A DNA stretch of 64,000 nucleotides from Rubripirellula sp. GTDB taxonomy: Bacteria; Planctomycetota; Planctomycetia; Pirellulales; Pirellulaceae. Numbering within the stretch: the first letter of the stretch is position 1; each line of letters starts with the position of its first letter. The stretch lies in NCBI GenBank assembly GCA_965216875.1, contig OZ244207.1, positions 3,680,001 to 3,744,000 on the forward strand, in the 5' to 3' direction. The notes beneath the pieces are model-generated. The model had not been told where the DNA came from, did no database searches, and saw only the letters and a program-made list of their open reading frames with translations. Positions 10,333 through 20,381 of the stretch are shown piece after piece. Made by a program: the position numbers and the translations under genes.

Positions 10333-10821
10333 GGAAGAACTTAGAGCGAGGCAAAGGGAAATTCGGGCACCAACGAAGTCACATCGTCGCATCATTTGAT
10401 GCGGCTATGCGGATCGCTTCAACCACGCGTTGTTTTGGCTCATTCGCATGCTCGAGTGCGATCGACTTACGTCGAATTGCTGCACGATCACAGTTACCGG
10501 GCGGCAAGGGGTGAGGCATTTTTCAGGGCGGGCACGTAAGTAGGGCGGGGCACCTCTTTGCGTAGACCCAGGATCCAGAACGATGGGGCGTTACACAAAA
10601 GGAGGCCTCAGGATAGCCAGAAAACCGGGGCGATGTCCCGTCGATCCCCTAAGAATTGGGCTGATCGCCTAAGAATCCAGATTCTGCGTCGTTGACTCGT
10701 TACTAGCACGTTACAAATCGCAAGCAAACGAGCCCCTAGAATGACTTCCGCGACGCTCGCTGCTGGCGTCGCAAATGCTCGATTGCACCTTTTCTGAGAC
10801 GTCGTTCAAGGAGCCAAAACG

Positions 10822-13800
10822 ATGCGGTCCCTTTTGACCAATTCCCTGTGCGTCTGCCTGTTGTGGGTCGCCGTCGGTTCGTCCGCCACAGCACAATCCG
10901 ATGCGGAAATCGCACTGGGAAAAGCGCGTCTCGCCTTTGATGCGAAGAATTTTTCGCAAGCCCGCGACCTGCTCGTCACGGCATCGCAAACCGACGGCCG
11001 AAACCCCGACATCTTCCTTTTGCTCGGACGAGCCCATTATCAGTTGGGGGATGTTGCCGAGGCGATCGATGCCTGGAACCAGACGCTCAAGCTGGCGCCC
11101 AACCAAGCCTACGCCCGCAGCATGGTCGAAAAGTTGCAGGGCAGGGTGGATGACTTTGATACTCAACTCGCAGTCGTCGCCTCGCTGATCCGCCAACGTG
11201 TCTTTGATCAAGCCAATTCTGAAATCACGAAACTCTCCCGTGCCGTCCTGACACCGAGCCAGCGTGACAAACTGCTCATCACCCACGCCGAACTCTTCGT
11301 CGAAATGGGATTGGGCAACCAAGCACTGGCAAACCTTGAAAAAATGCTCGCGCGGCAACCCGACCAAAGGGACACCCCGCAGGTCCTGCTGATCCAGGCG
11401 CGGTCACTGTTGTTGATGGACGATGATGCGGTTAATCGTGGCCTTGCGATCTTGTCCGAACTGAAGACCGCCGAAACAGCCGAAGGCCACTCTGCTGAGC
11501 TTGCTTTGCTCATCTTTCAGATCCGGCAGGGCACAAACTCCGTCGCGGAACTTTCCGATTGGATGGCCAACCATTCCGAGCATCGCGACCTTCCTGTCGC
11601 CAGACTTGCGATGGTCGAAGCGGTCTCACTATTCGTTCATTCAGCTCAAGGTCAACCTGCTCCGGATCCCGAGGATGACCTAACGGAATTCGACATCGCT
11701 GCAATCGATGCCGCATCGCACGCGTTGGCAAATATCAAGACAGCCAACCAAGCGTTGCAAATCGTTCACCATGTTTCGCAAATGATCGAAGGCCGATGGA
11801 TCGGCCACAAAGCCTTCAAAGGCGCGGATGCTGCGATCGCAAGGCTTTCGCAATGGAATGTGCCCCAATCGAGTCGAGACGCAATTCAAAGGCTCGCGGA
11901 AAAGTCGACAAGTGCTGCGGCTTCGTCCGAGCTGTCCGAGACGATCAATCGATACGGCAATGGTGACCTGGTCGCCGAGTCGCTGACCGAATGGCTCGAA
12001 AAACACGGCGACCACTCACGTTCGCTCGAGGCGCGACGAATCCTCGCTGCAGCCTTGTTGCAAGAATCGATGCTGCAAATGCCGCCTGGTACGCCGACCG
12101 AACTGGCCCCCTCAGATGTGGCAGCCATTGGCGTTCTTGGTGAAATGATCGTGTCCGATGAAACCGACGCAAACATCGGCACCACGCTGCAAATGATCCT
12201 GCAGCATCTCGAAAACCACTACGTCTCGCGAAGTGCCCCTGCTCCCGCGATCACCGGCTACACCCATCTTCTTTCGCTCGACCTGCCGCGACCAACGCAA
12301 TTGAAGCTTCAGTTGTCGCTGGTCGACTCGCAGATCGAGCTTGCGTTCATGGGTCTCGATGGCGCCCTCGCACGCGGAACGTTTGAGCCGGGGCCGATGC
12401 CCGAATCGTTCAAGCAAGTCCTCGAAACACTCAGCAAGACTCGTGACGCTCACCCAGCCCAGCCGGCATGGAACAAACAGGCAGCAGTCGCGACGCGGCT
12501 CAATTCAATGAGCGATCGGTTGCCTTGGCCAGCCACGATCGAGCAACTGAAATCAACCGACAACTGGGCCATCGAAATTGCCTTGCCGCTGATCACCGCC
12601 AACGAACAACCCGACGAGACCCAGAAGATGGTCGCGTTGATGGAAAAGATCATCCAACCCCTCGCTGGCACACAGCAGGCTTCGGCGATCGAGTTGGCGG
12701 CAAGCACTCACCGACGCTTGCTAAGTGCGATCGAAGCCGATCACAAACTTTGGCCGCAAGTCGTGCTACGCCAAATCAGCTTGCGCGATCAAGTCGACCA
12801 ATTCGTTTTTGCCAAGAACCAACAACTCGGCAAAAACGCGACCAATGCTACGCTTGGTGACCTCGAAAAAGGGATGCTGTCTTTGGGAAGCGATCTGATC
12901 ACGAAGCAACCGAGCCACGCCGCGGGTGTGGTTACTGCTCTGCAACCGATGATCCAACGTCGCTTGTCGGCCGGCCACGAGGAGGCGTCGGAAGAGGCGT
13001 ACGCAACGCTCGAACAAGGGTTGCCTCCGATACAGCTTCGCGAAGTCCAATTGGCAGTCGCGAACAGTTGGATCAACCGTGCGACCACAACACACGCCAA
13101 AATGCTGAGCGACGGCTTTCAACCTCCCAAGGAACTCGACCCACTTTTCCAACGAGCGCTCGAGCGTTGTTATCAGCTACAGGCCCCGCTTCGCGCCGAT
13201 CACGAGTTTGTCGTCCGCGTTCAAGCTCTGCGCTCAGTCGTCGTGGCACATTATCGCAACCTCGGCAATTTCGAAGCGGCCAGAGCGGCGATCAAGATCA
13301 AGGGAGAACCAGCGGTTAGCTGGATCGATGCACAACAAGAATACGAACTCGCTGGACTGAACTTGAGCATCGCTTTGGATGACCTTGCCAAGCAAACGCA
13401 GAAGTTCCAGGGACGCGAGAACATTGCGATGACGCCCGCAATCAACGAGGCGATCGCAGGATTTCAATCATTTGTGACCGAGCGTCCAAACGATCCTCTC
13501 GTCCCGCGAGCGATCGGTCGTTTAATGAATGTCGGCAAAGCATTTGAGCAGTACGAAAAGTACGACATTGCTGCAACGCACTATCGCAAACTTGAAACGT
13601 TCGCCGCTGGGATCGAATCGCTTGCACAGGCGCCAGCCGGTTCGCTGACCGTTGCACAACGCGTTGCCCATTCGGCTGCCGCTGCACTTCACGTCAAAGC
13701 AACCAAAGCACTTGATGGTCGGGAAAAATCGCCCGACGGGTCACCGCTTCCGCCAACGGAATTGAGCCCCGAGTTCATTGCGGCGATCACCGCCTACAAC

Positions 13801-16764
13801 GACCTGTTGACGAAATACCCCGAGAGCACGCTGGTCAGCACCTCGATCGGCAAGTTGATGGAGATTGCTCTTCAACATGCCAACGCCGATGCCTGGGATG
13901 TCGCTGCAAAGGTCTACGCCGACCTTCAAGCGTTGCAGCTTCCTCTTCGCCAGCCAGAACGGATCGACCTTGCACAAGCTCTTTGCGAAATGGGCAAAGT
14001 GATTCCCGATCACGCTCGTCAAATGCTTGCCGCGATCACGCTGTGGGAACGTGACGCGGCAAAGCATGACGACATGACCTCGATGCTTGCCGTCAACGGT
14101 CACCCCGGCCAAAAGAGGCCTCAACCAGGTTTCGGCGGGGGCGGCGGCTTTGGTGGCTTCGGATCTGACGGCGCCGTGAACGAAGAGGAGTTTATGCTCG
14201 AAGCCAAAGAAATGTCAGACATGTTGGCCAAGCCGGCTGGAAGCATCGCCGCCGCCGAAATGCCCCAATCGGAATCGGCCATGGGCGCGATGGCGATGGG
14301 CCTGGGCACTGCGGGCATGACCGTCAAACGCGAACTCGATGCCGTGGCGCGCTTTGGCGACGAACGTGCCGCGCGCGAAAAGAATCTCTTGGCGACCGTT
14401 CGACAACGCCAATCCGCGATGGCAAGTCAGATCGCCATGCTTCGCGACAGCGAAATCCAAAACAACGCTCCGGCACAATCACGCGGCCAACAACAAGAAT
14501 CGGGCCAGCAAGCCGCACAACAGGGCCAAATCGCGCTGCCGACCCCGGTCCTTAGCGAGAACGAAATCAAACGACGTCGCACCATCCTCGAAGTCGCTTA
14601 CCAAAAGTTGCAAGCGATTCGCGAGACCTACGCCGACTCGAACACCGCTGGCGAGGCCCGTGCCCAGATCATGGTGATCGTGAACCATTGGCGCAGCATC
14701 CGGCGCTGGGAAGATTCTGCGAAACTCGTCAAGCGATTCCTCGATGACAACCCAGATGACATTGGGCTTCCGAAATTGCGTCACGAAATCGCTCGTGACT
14801 ACTTGGCCTGGGCAGCCGGAGCCGTCAAACCCGACACGCCCAAACAGGAACTTCTTGACGAAGTCAATCGCCGCTACTCACTTGCTCGTGAAGAACTTTC
14901 GGGAATCATCGCCGCGTTCGCCGATGACCAACAGTTGAAACATCAGGCACAGTGGGATATCGCGACAAGCCACTTGTCCCAAGCACGCGTGGTCGCTGGA
15001 ATCAGCTCGACGCTTGCCCGCGGACAATACGTTCGAGCTTCGACCGAACTGTTGGCCACCGCGGACCTGTATCACGACCATCCCAAGATCAATGAATTGC
15101 CGCAGATGCTTTGGGGGATTTCGCAAGAGTTGACGGCGCGTCGATTTTTCGAGGAAGCGATCACGGTATGGACGGAAATGACCCTCCACTACCCCGGCAA
15201 CCCGCTGGCCGAGCAGGCAGCGATGCAGATCGCAACCACGTATGAAAGTCAATTACGCCTGCCGCTGCGTGCCGTCGAATCGTATCTCGAATTGAATTTC
15301 GCCCGAGGTGGCAACGACACCGCACTGCAAGATTCCATCTTCCGCATCGCTTCCCAACTGATGAACGAAAAGCGTTGGGTCGAAGCGCTGCATGTGCTTG
15401 AAACCTTTATCGACAGCTTCCCAAATCACGCCAGCGCCGGACAAGCGTTGACGAAGATCGGCCAAGTACACCAGACCAACGAAGTTTGGGAAGACGCGAT
15501 CGCCGCCTACCGCCGCGTGATCATGGAATACGACCAAGGCAATTGGGCCCAGCAATCAAAGTGGTCAATCGCTGAATGCACCATCAACCTGAGCCGTTGG
15601 GAAGAAGCGCAAGGCGCCTATCTGGAATACAAAAAGTCGTACCCGGAAGATGGCAAGGTTGCCGAGGCAACATCGCGCATCGAAATCCTTAAGGACCTTG
15701 CGCGATTCCAAAAAGTGGTTGACGAACAGGGTCAACGCAAGGCATTTGACGCCCAGTACCAAATCGCAGCCATCGTCCGCAACAAACTCGCCAATCCTGT
15801 CAAAGCGATCATCGAATACCGCAAGGTCGCCAGTAATTGGCCGGAAAGTCACCTCGCCGACGACTCGCTATTCCAGGTGGGCATGATCTACATGCAACTC
15901 GGACAAACCGAAAACGCTCGGGACGCTTTCCTCGCAACGGCTCAAAGGTATCCGACCAGCCCACTGGCCGACGACGCGTTGTTCCAAGTCGGTGCAAGCT
16001 TCGAGAACGAGGCGCAACAACTGGTCGGCGTCACACGAGGTCGTGCCAGCAAGATTGCAAACGAAGTCGCGCAGCGCCAAGCCTATGCGGTCTCCCAAGA
16101 GAATCGAAAATTCCGGCGTGAGCAAAACCAGGGTCAGATCCAGCAACTTCGTAAGGCCGGCAAAGCGGACGAAGCCGACAACAAAGCGGCGTTTCAGGCT
16201 GCTTTGAATGTCGCCTTTGACCAAGCCAATGCGGCTGTCTTCGCCAACTGGGCGGCTCAACAAGAAGAGGCGCTCACGACCGCTCAACTTGCCGATCGCC
16301 AAGACAAAATCAACGCGGCATTGCGCAAGGCGGTCGACAGTTTCCGCAAGGCTGCCAGCGTCGCGTCGGCGGACAAAGCTGATGACGCTTTGCTACGCAT
16401 GGCTCAGATCTACGACCAACGACTCAAGGACAGCGAAGCCGCCATGGCAACCTGGCTGGAAATCGTCCGTCAATACAGCGGCACGGCCGTCGCCGAAGAC
16501 GCGTCGTGGAAAATCGCTCAATACTACGAAACCCATGAAAAGTACGCCGACGCGATCTCGGCCTATAACTCCTTCCTGCGAAACTATCGCCGCAGTCCCA
16601 AAGCAAGCGAAGCGCAAGCCGCGATCGCTGAAAACCACGAACAACTTGGCAACTGGGTCGAAGCGATGGACGCCTACACCAATTACATCAACAACTACCC
16701 CGAAGGCGCGTTGGCAGGAAAAGCCAAAGAGCAAATCGCCTGGATCAAAACCTATCGCCTCTAA
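10822..16764 (+). CDS. Giant exported tetratricopeptide-repeat protein (1980 aa)
   Basis: Signal peptide; N-terminal TPRs; many BamD/CpoB-type repeats (YPTSPLADDALFQ, WPESHLADDSLFQ) in the C-terminal third. Confidence 0.85.
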   Translation: MRSLLTNSLCVCLLWVAVGSSATAQSDAEIALGKARLAFDAKNFSQARDLLVTASQTDGRNPDIFLLLGRAHYQLGDVAEAIDAWNQTLKLAPNQAYARSMVEKLQGRVDDFDTQLAVVASLIRQRVFDQANSEITKLSRAVLTPSQRDKLLITHAELFVEMGLGNQALANLEKMLARQPDQRDTPQVLLIQARSLLLMDDDAVNRGLAILSELKTAETAEGHSAELALLIFQIRQGTNSVAELSDWMANHSEHRDLPVARLAMVEAVSLFVHSAQGQPAPDPEDDLTEFDIAAIDAASHALANIKTANQALQIVHHVSQMIEGRWIGHKAFKGADAAIARLSQWNVPQSSRDAIQRLAEKSTSAAASSELSETINRYGNGDLVAESLTEWLEKHGDHSRSLEARRILAAALLQESMLQMPPGTPTELAPSDVAAIGVLGEMIVSDETDANIGTTLQMILQHLENHYVSRSAPAPAITGYTHLLSLDLPRPTQLKLQLSLVDSQIELAFMGLDGALARGTFEPGPMPESFKQVLETLSKTRDAHPAQPAWNKQAAVATRLNSMSDRLPWPATIEQLKSTDNWAIEIALPLITANEQPDETQKMVALMEKIIQPLAGTQQASAIELAASTHRRLLSAIEADHKLWPQVVLRQISLRDQVDQFVFAKNQQLGKNATNATLGDLEKGMLSLGSDLITKQPSHAAGVVTALQPMIQRRLSAGHEEASEEAYATLEQGLPPIQLREVQLAVANSWINRATTTHAKMLSDGFQPPKELDPLFQRALERCYQLQAPLRADHEFVVRVQALRSVVVAHYRNLGNFEAARAAIKIKGEPAVSWIDAQQEYELAGLNLSIALDDLAKQTQKFQGRENIAMTPAINEAIAGFQSFVTERPNDPLVPRAIGRLMNVGKAFEQYEKYDIAATHYRKLETFAAGIESLAQAPAGSLTVAQRVAHSAAAALHVKATKALDGREKSPDGSPLPPTELSPEFIAAITAYNDLLTKYPESTLVSTSIGKLMEIALQHANADAWDVAAKVYADLQALQLPLRQPERIDLAQALCEMGKVIPDHARQMLAAITLWERDAAKHDDMTSMLAVNGHPGQKRPQPGFGGGGGFGGFGSDGAVNEEEFMLEAKEMSDMLAKPAGSIAAAEMPQSESAMGAMAMGLGTAGMTVKRELDAVARFGDERAAREKNLLATVRQRQSAMASQIAMLRDSEIQNNAPAQSRGQQQESGQQAAQQGQIALPTPVLSENEIKRRRTILEVAYQKLQAIRETYADSNTAGEARAQIMVIVNHWRSIRRWEDSAKLVKRFLDDNPDDIGLPKLRHEIARDYLAWAAGAVKPDTPKQELLDEVNRRYSLAREELSGIIAAFADDQQLKHQAQWDIATSHLSQARVVAGISSTLARGQYVRASTELLATADLYHDHPKINELPQMLWGISQELTARRFFEEAITVWTEMTLHYPGNPLAEQAAMQIATTYESQLRLPLRAVESYLELNFARGGNDTALQDSIFRIASQLMNEKRWVEALHVLETFIDSFPNHASAGQALTKIGQVHQTNEVWEDAIAAYRRVIMEYDQGNWAQQSKWSIAECTINLSRWEEAQGAYLEYKKSYPEDGKVAEATSRIEILKDLARFQKVVDEQGQRKAFDAQYQIAAIVRNKLANPVKAIIEYRKVASNWPESHLADDSLFQVGMIYMQLGQTENARDAFLATAQRYPTSPLADDALFQVGASFENEAQQLVGVTRGRASKIANEVAQRQAYAVSQENRKFRREQNQGQIQQLRKAGKADEADNKAAFQAALNVAFDQANAAVFANWAAQQEEALTTAQLADRQDKINAALRKAVDSFRKAASVASADKADDALLRMAQIYDQRLKDSEAAMATWLEIVRQYSGTAVAEDASWKIAQYYETHEKYADAISAYNSFLRNYRRSPKASEAQAAIAENHEQLGNWVEAMDAYTNYINNYPEGALAGKAKEQIAWIKTYRL

Positions 16765-16771
16765 CAATACC

Positions 16772-16826
16772 CGCAGTGGACGAGGCAACGAGTCCCAATT
16801 TCGTAGTGGACGAGGCAACGAGTCCC
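16772..16826 (+). repeat. Tandem REP-like pair (family D, GTAGTGGACGAGGCAACGAGTCC), 30-bp period
   Basis: Two copies at 16773 and 16803; reverse-complement copy at 54445-54467. Confidence 0.85.
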
Positions 16827-16900
16827 TCACCCCCCACACCACAACCTTCACTCAAGCTCGTGGCCACAGCCACCTCAGCCAGCACCCTAATCGTGAACCC

Positions 16901-18277
16901 ATGAGAATGACGATGTTTGCAAACCGACTTTTTGCCACATTGATTCTTTCGACCGTCCTCTTCTCTTCGAGCCTCCCTGCCGACGAAGAAGGCGCAGCGG
17001 CCGAGCAGCCCAATGCAACCGCCCAACCCGCGAACACCGAGCCCGCAAAGGCGGAACCCGAAGCGGCAGAGCTGTTTCAACAGGGTCGCAAGGCACTCTT
17101 TCAGGGACGCTACGACGACGCCGTCACGTTGCTACAAAAAGCCGTTACCGCAGATCCCACCGGCGAGAAGACCATCTATCGATTGCATCTTGCACGAGCC
17201 TTTCGCTACTCCAACCAACCTGGCGAATCAGAAAAGCTGCTTCGGGCGATCTTGAAGCAGTCGCCGGATCATGTCGAAGCGGGCCAGCTACTCGCCGAGG
17301 TTCTTTACACAGCAGAGCGTTGGGAAGACCTCGAAGGCGTGCTCGAACCGCTGCTTGAGTTCCGCCACGATTACCCCACGTACCACATGTTGGCCGAAGC
17401 AACGTTCAACCTGGATAAGTACGAAGACGCTCGAAACTACTACAAAGAAGCGATCAAGCTGAATCCGCAGAGCGCGCCCGATCAATACCAACTTGCCAAC
17501 ATCTACCTTGCCGAAAACCGCTTCGCGTTGGCCGCGGACGCTTACGAAAAAGCGTTGCGACTTGGCCTCGATAGCACGGTGCTGCATTACAAACTCGCGT
17601 CGGCCTACTTCAACCTTCGCAACTATTTCGGCCGAGTCGCCGTGGTCACCGTTGCCTCGGGCAAGGTTGGCGAGATCAGTGGCAACTGGTACTTGATCGA
17701 AACGGTCGCCGGCAAAAAAGATGCATTTCGTGCCGCCCCAAGAAAGTCAGCGATCTACCAAATCGCGACCGCGATCGACGGTGGGATGGAAGCCACATCC
17801 GACGTACAAATGCTGTTGGCCAACATCTATCTCAATGGCCGTCGCTACGAAAAGGCGTACGCAATCTACCAACAACTCGGACAACAGGTCGCCGACGAAG
17901 ACCGCGCGCTCCACCGCTATTACTTCGCCCAAAGCGCCCTGGGAGTTGGCAAATACGACGAATACTTGACCCACCTGCAAGAAGCGGTCGACCTTGATCC
18001 GGAAGGGTACGAATCAGCGCTTGTCGACGCCTACCTCGCCGTCGCGGACAAGTACAACCAAGCTGGAAAGTTGGACAGGTATATCGAATACCTGTCCAAA
18101 GCGGTTCAGCAAAATCCCCAAACCGCTTCGCTGCACCTGCGTCTGGCGAGCGCCCTGGAAGAAGCCAAGCACTACGACAAAGCGGTCGAGCAATGGCGAA
18201 TGGTGCTCGATCTCGAGCCCGACCATCCGCAACGAACCGACTTGCTCAACCAGATCAAGCGTCACGCCGGTTCGTGA
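16901..18277 (+). CDS. Exported TPR protein
   Basis: Signal peptide from ATG 16901, then canonical TPRs (YYKEAIKLNPQ, WRMVLDLEPDHP). Confidence 0.85.
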   Translation: MRMTMFANRLFATLILSTVLFSSSLPADEEGAAAEQPNATAQPANTEPAKAEPEAAELFQQGRKALFQGRYDDAVTLLQKAVTADPTGEKTIYRLHLARAFRYSNQPGESEKLLRAILKQSPDHVEAGQLLAEVLYTAERWEDLEGVLEPLLEFRHDYPTYHMLAEATFNLDKYEDARNYYKEAIKLNPQSAPDQYQLANIYLAENRFALAADAYEKALRLGLDSTVLHYKLASAYFNLRNYFGRVAVVTVASGKVGEISGNWYLIETVAGKKDAFRAAPRKSAIYQIATAIDGGMEATSDVQMLLANIYLNGRRYEKAYAIYQQLGQQVADEDRALHRYYFAQSALGVGKYDEYLTHLQEAVDLDPEGYESALVDAYLAVADKYNQAGKLDRYIEYLSKAVQQNPQTASLHLRLASALEEAKHYDKAVEQWRMVLDLEPDHPQRTDLLNQIKRHAGS

Positions 18278-18308
18278 CCACATCCTATCGGTCGATCAGA
18301 CTCAGCCG

Positions 18309-19586
18309 CTAGTTTTGGTTCGGCTGTTCGTTCGTGCCGTATTCTTCGTTCGTTCGGTCGTAGATCGCTTGCACCTCGGCAGTCACGTCCAGGTTCTTTT
18401 CAGTGATCCAATCAGACGTGTACTTGGTGATCGAACGATCCACTGGCGGTGGTGCCTGAGGCGCAGGTGGTGGCCACATGTCTTCGTTGATCGCCGCCAT
18501 GCGCACGCGAATCGAATCTTTGGTCACATTCCAAACCATGTAGTCTTCGGCAAGCGAGAGCGGACCGTCATAAGTCGATCGAATACCTTCAAGGATCGGC
18601 GGAGCGGTATCCGGATCATTGAAGAAGTGATAAGCGATCGCGTGCCTCGGTTGGATTCGGCTCATCACTTTCCCAAACGCTTCGGGCGCGGTGTGAATTT
18701 GCGTTCCAACCTCCAATGCGTTCGAAACCGAGAAACCGAATTTCTCGATCATGTTCGGCACGTCGATAAAACATTCGTGAATGGCGACATCGGCATCACG
18801 CGCGTACTCGTCGAACCATTGATTGGGATAGGTGTCGCCACCAAAAACGAATTTCAATCCGTTCCACTCCAGCGCATAGCTGACCGAACCATCGATCACA
18901 TGGTTTGCTGGCCACGAACGAATCTTGACGCCGTTCTTGTCGTACACAACCTGATTCGGCTTCGAAAAATCAAACTCGTTGACAAAGACCTTGCCGCCCG
19001 ATGCAGGTAGCCGTCCCGCGCGCCCTTCAACATCCCAACTGAGCGCCTTTTCCCAATGCTCGATCGCGTACTTCGTCCCAAGCTCAGGGCGTGATCCCGA
19101 TGGTCCATAAACGTGCAAAGGCCCCTGGCGTCCGCCGACCCAACCGCCAATGAAGTAGGCAGCGAAATCACCAAAATGGTCTGTGTGCAAGTGACTGATA
19201 AAGATTTTGTTGAGGTAGTCGTAGGGGATGCGCATGCTGGCAACACGTTCGGCCGATCCCGTACCCGCGTCAAAGAGAAACTTGTCACCATTTCCCAGTT
19301 CGACCAACCAACAGGACGCGGCTTGAGAGGCGCGCGCGGTGGGCATTCCGGTTCCACAAGCAACGATCCGCATCTCGTCAGGCTTGAGCTCTTCCGTTCC
19401 TGGGAAATAAACGCTCGAGTCGGGCACTTTTCCCGTGGCCGTGATTTTCGGCGGTTGGGGTGAGGCGGCATCCGCTTTCTGCGCGGCGACGGCCGTCGCA
19501 CCCGGTTCGTGACTTGTGCTGCCGATGATGTAACCGCAAGCGCCGACCAATAGCGCTGCGACAAAAAGTGAAGCTGTGCGTTTCAT
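18309..19586 (-). CDS. Exported MBL-fold metallo-hydrolase (RNase Z-like / arylsulfatase-type)
   Basis: CGTGMP, FDAGTG, SHLHTDH, GDT, HECF, HT motifs; N-terminal hydrophobic signal from MKRT. Confidence 0.88.
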   Translation of the reverse strand: MKRTASLFVAALLVGACGYIIGSTSHEPGATAVAAQKADAASPQPPKITATGKVPDSSVYFPGTEELKPDEMRIVACGTGMPTARASQAASCWLVELGNGDKFLFDAGTGSAERVASMRIPYDYLNKIFISHLHTDHFGDFAAYFIGGWVGGRQGPLHVYGPSGSRPELGTKYAIEHWEKALSWDVEGRAGRLPASGGKVFVNEFDFSKPNQVVYDKNGVKIRSWPANHVIDGSVSYALEWNGLKFVFGGDTYPNQWFDEYARDADVAIHECFIDVPNMIEKFGFSVSNALEVGTQIHTAPEAFGKVMSRIQPRHAIAYHFFNDPDTAPPILEGIRSTYDGPLSLAEDYMVWNVTKDSIRVRMAAINEDMWPPPAPQAPPPVDRSITKYTSDWITEKNLDVTAEVQAIYDRTNEEYGTNEQPNQN

Positions 19587-19620
19587 CGCGTGAGTCTCCC
19601 GTACGAATAGCGAGCGATTG

Positions 19621-19664
19621 AGTCTGCATCGCACCGATGGTAAAGTCAATACGGTGGCGTATGG
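19621..19664. promoter_or_regulatory. Candidate TetR operator overlapping the minus-strand sigma70-type promoter
   Basis: Palindrome CAATACG-gtgg-CGTATGG (19647-19664); minus-strand TTGACT (19649-19644), 17 bp, CAGACT. Confidence 0.6.
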
Positions 19665-19688
19665 AAAAGTCTCTTTGCGGAGGAGCAT

Positions 19689-20258
19689 GTGAACGCACGC
19701 TCAGCAGCCGAACAGAAACTCAGTCGAGACGCTTGGCTCCAGCGAGGACTCGAAGTCCTGCGTGACGAAGGCATTTTTGGCGTTCGAGTCGAACGATTGG
19801 CCCGTGACCTAGGAGTGACCAAAGGCAGTTTCTATTGGCACTTTGACAACCGGGACGACTTGTTCGAAAGCTTGCTCGAATTCTGGGTTCGCGCGTACAA
19901 CGATCCCGTCATCCTTCACGAATCGTTCGGGGAACTTGCACCCGACCAAGGATTGGTTGCGTTGACGATGATGATTCGCGAGCAGCGGTTGGACCGCTTC
20001 GAATTGGCGATGCGTTCGTGGGCCGATCACGACGATCGCGCCGCGGGTGCGGTGAAAAGGGTGTACGAACAGCGTCAAGCATTCATCCGCGGGTTCTTCA
20101 CACGCCTTGGATTTCGAGGGGGCGAAGCCGATGCGAGGACACGATTGATGCTCTGCTATCTCAGTTGGGACCCTGGCATTGGAGCAACGGAAACGATGAC
20201 GCAAAGCAAGGCCAACGTGCGAAAGGCAATCGCAGTGCTCGTTGGGAAGCCGTTGTAA
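19689..20258 (+). CDS. TetR/AcrR family transcriptional regulator
   Basis: HTH VERLARDLGVTKGSFYWHF; GGAGG RBS before GTG; divergent from the MBL hydrolase. Confidence 0.93.
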   Translation: MNARSAAEQKLSRDAWLQRGLEVLRDEGIFGVRVERLARDLGVTKGSFYWHFDNRDDLFESLLEFWVRAYNDPVILHESFGELAPDQGLVALTMMIREQRLDRFELAMRSWADHDDRAAGAVKRVYEQRQAFIRGFFTRLGFRGGEADARTRLMLCYLSWDPGIGATETMTQSKANVRKAIAVLVGKPL

Positions 20259-20277
20259 ACGAAAGCCCCCCTGGCCC

Positions 20278-20345
20278 GTAGCTACCTTGGCCAGAAGGTG
20301 GTTGCCGCAGGTCGACCATTCACCGCGATCACCACGCGTAGCGAC
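20278..20345. repeat. Degenerate REPIN-like element (family C)
   Basis: GTAGCTACCTTGGCCAGAAGGTGG plus spacer GGTCGACCAT..GCGATCACCACGC shared with 31339-31416. Confidence 0.75.
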
Positions 20346-20381
20346 GCTTGGTTTCAGGCCTGACGCCGATTCACCAAAGAT

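Noticed and set aside
16208..16900. 689-aa ORF or programmed frameshift joining the two TPR genes
   Set aside because: The extension is an off-frame shadow of the giant gene plus REP-derived sequence; a clean signal peptide begins at ATG 16901
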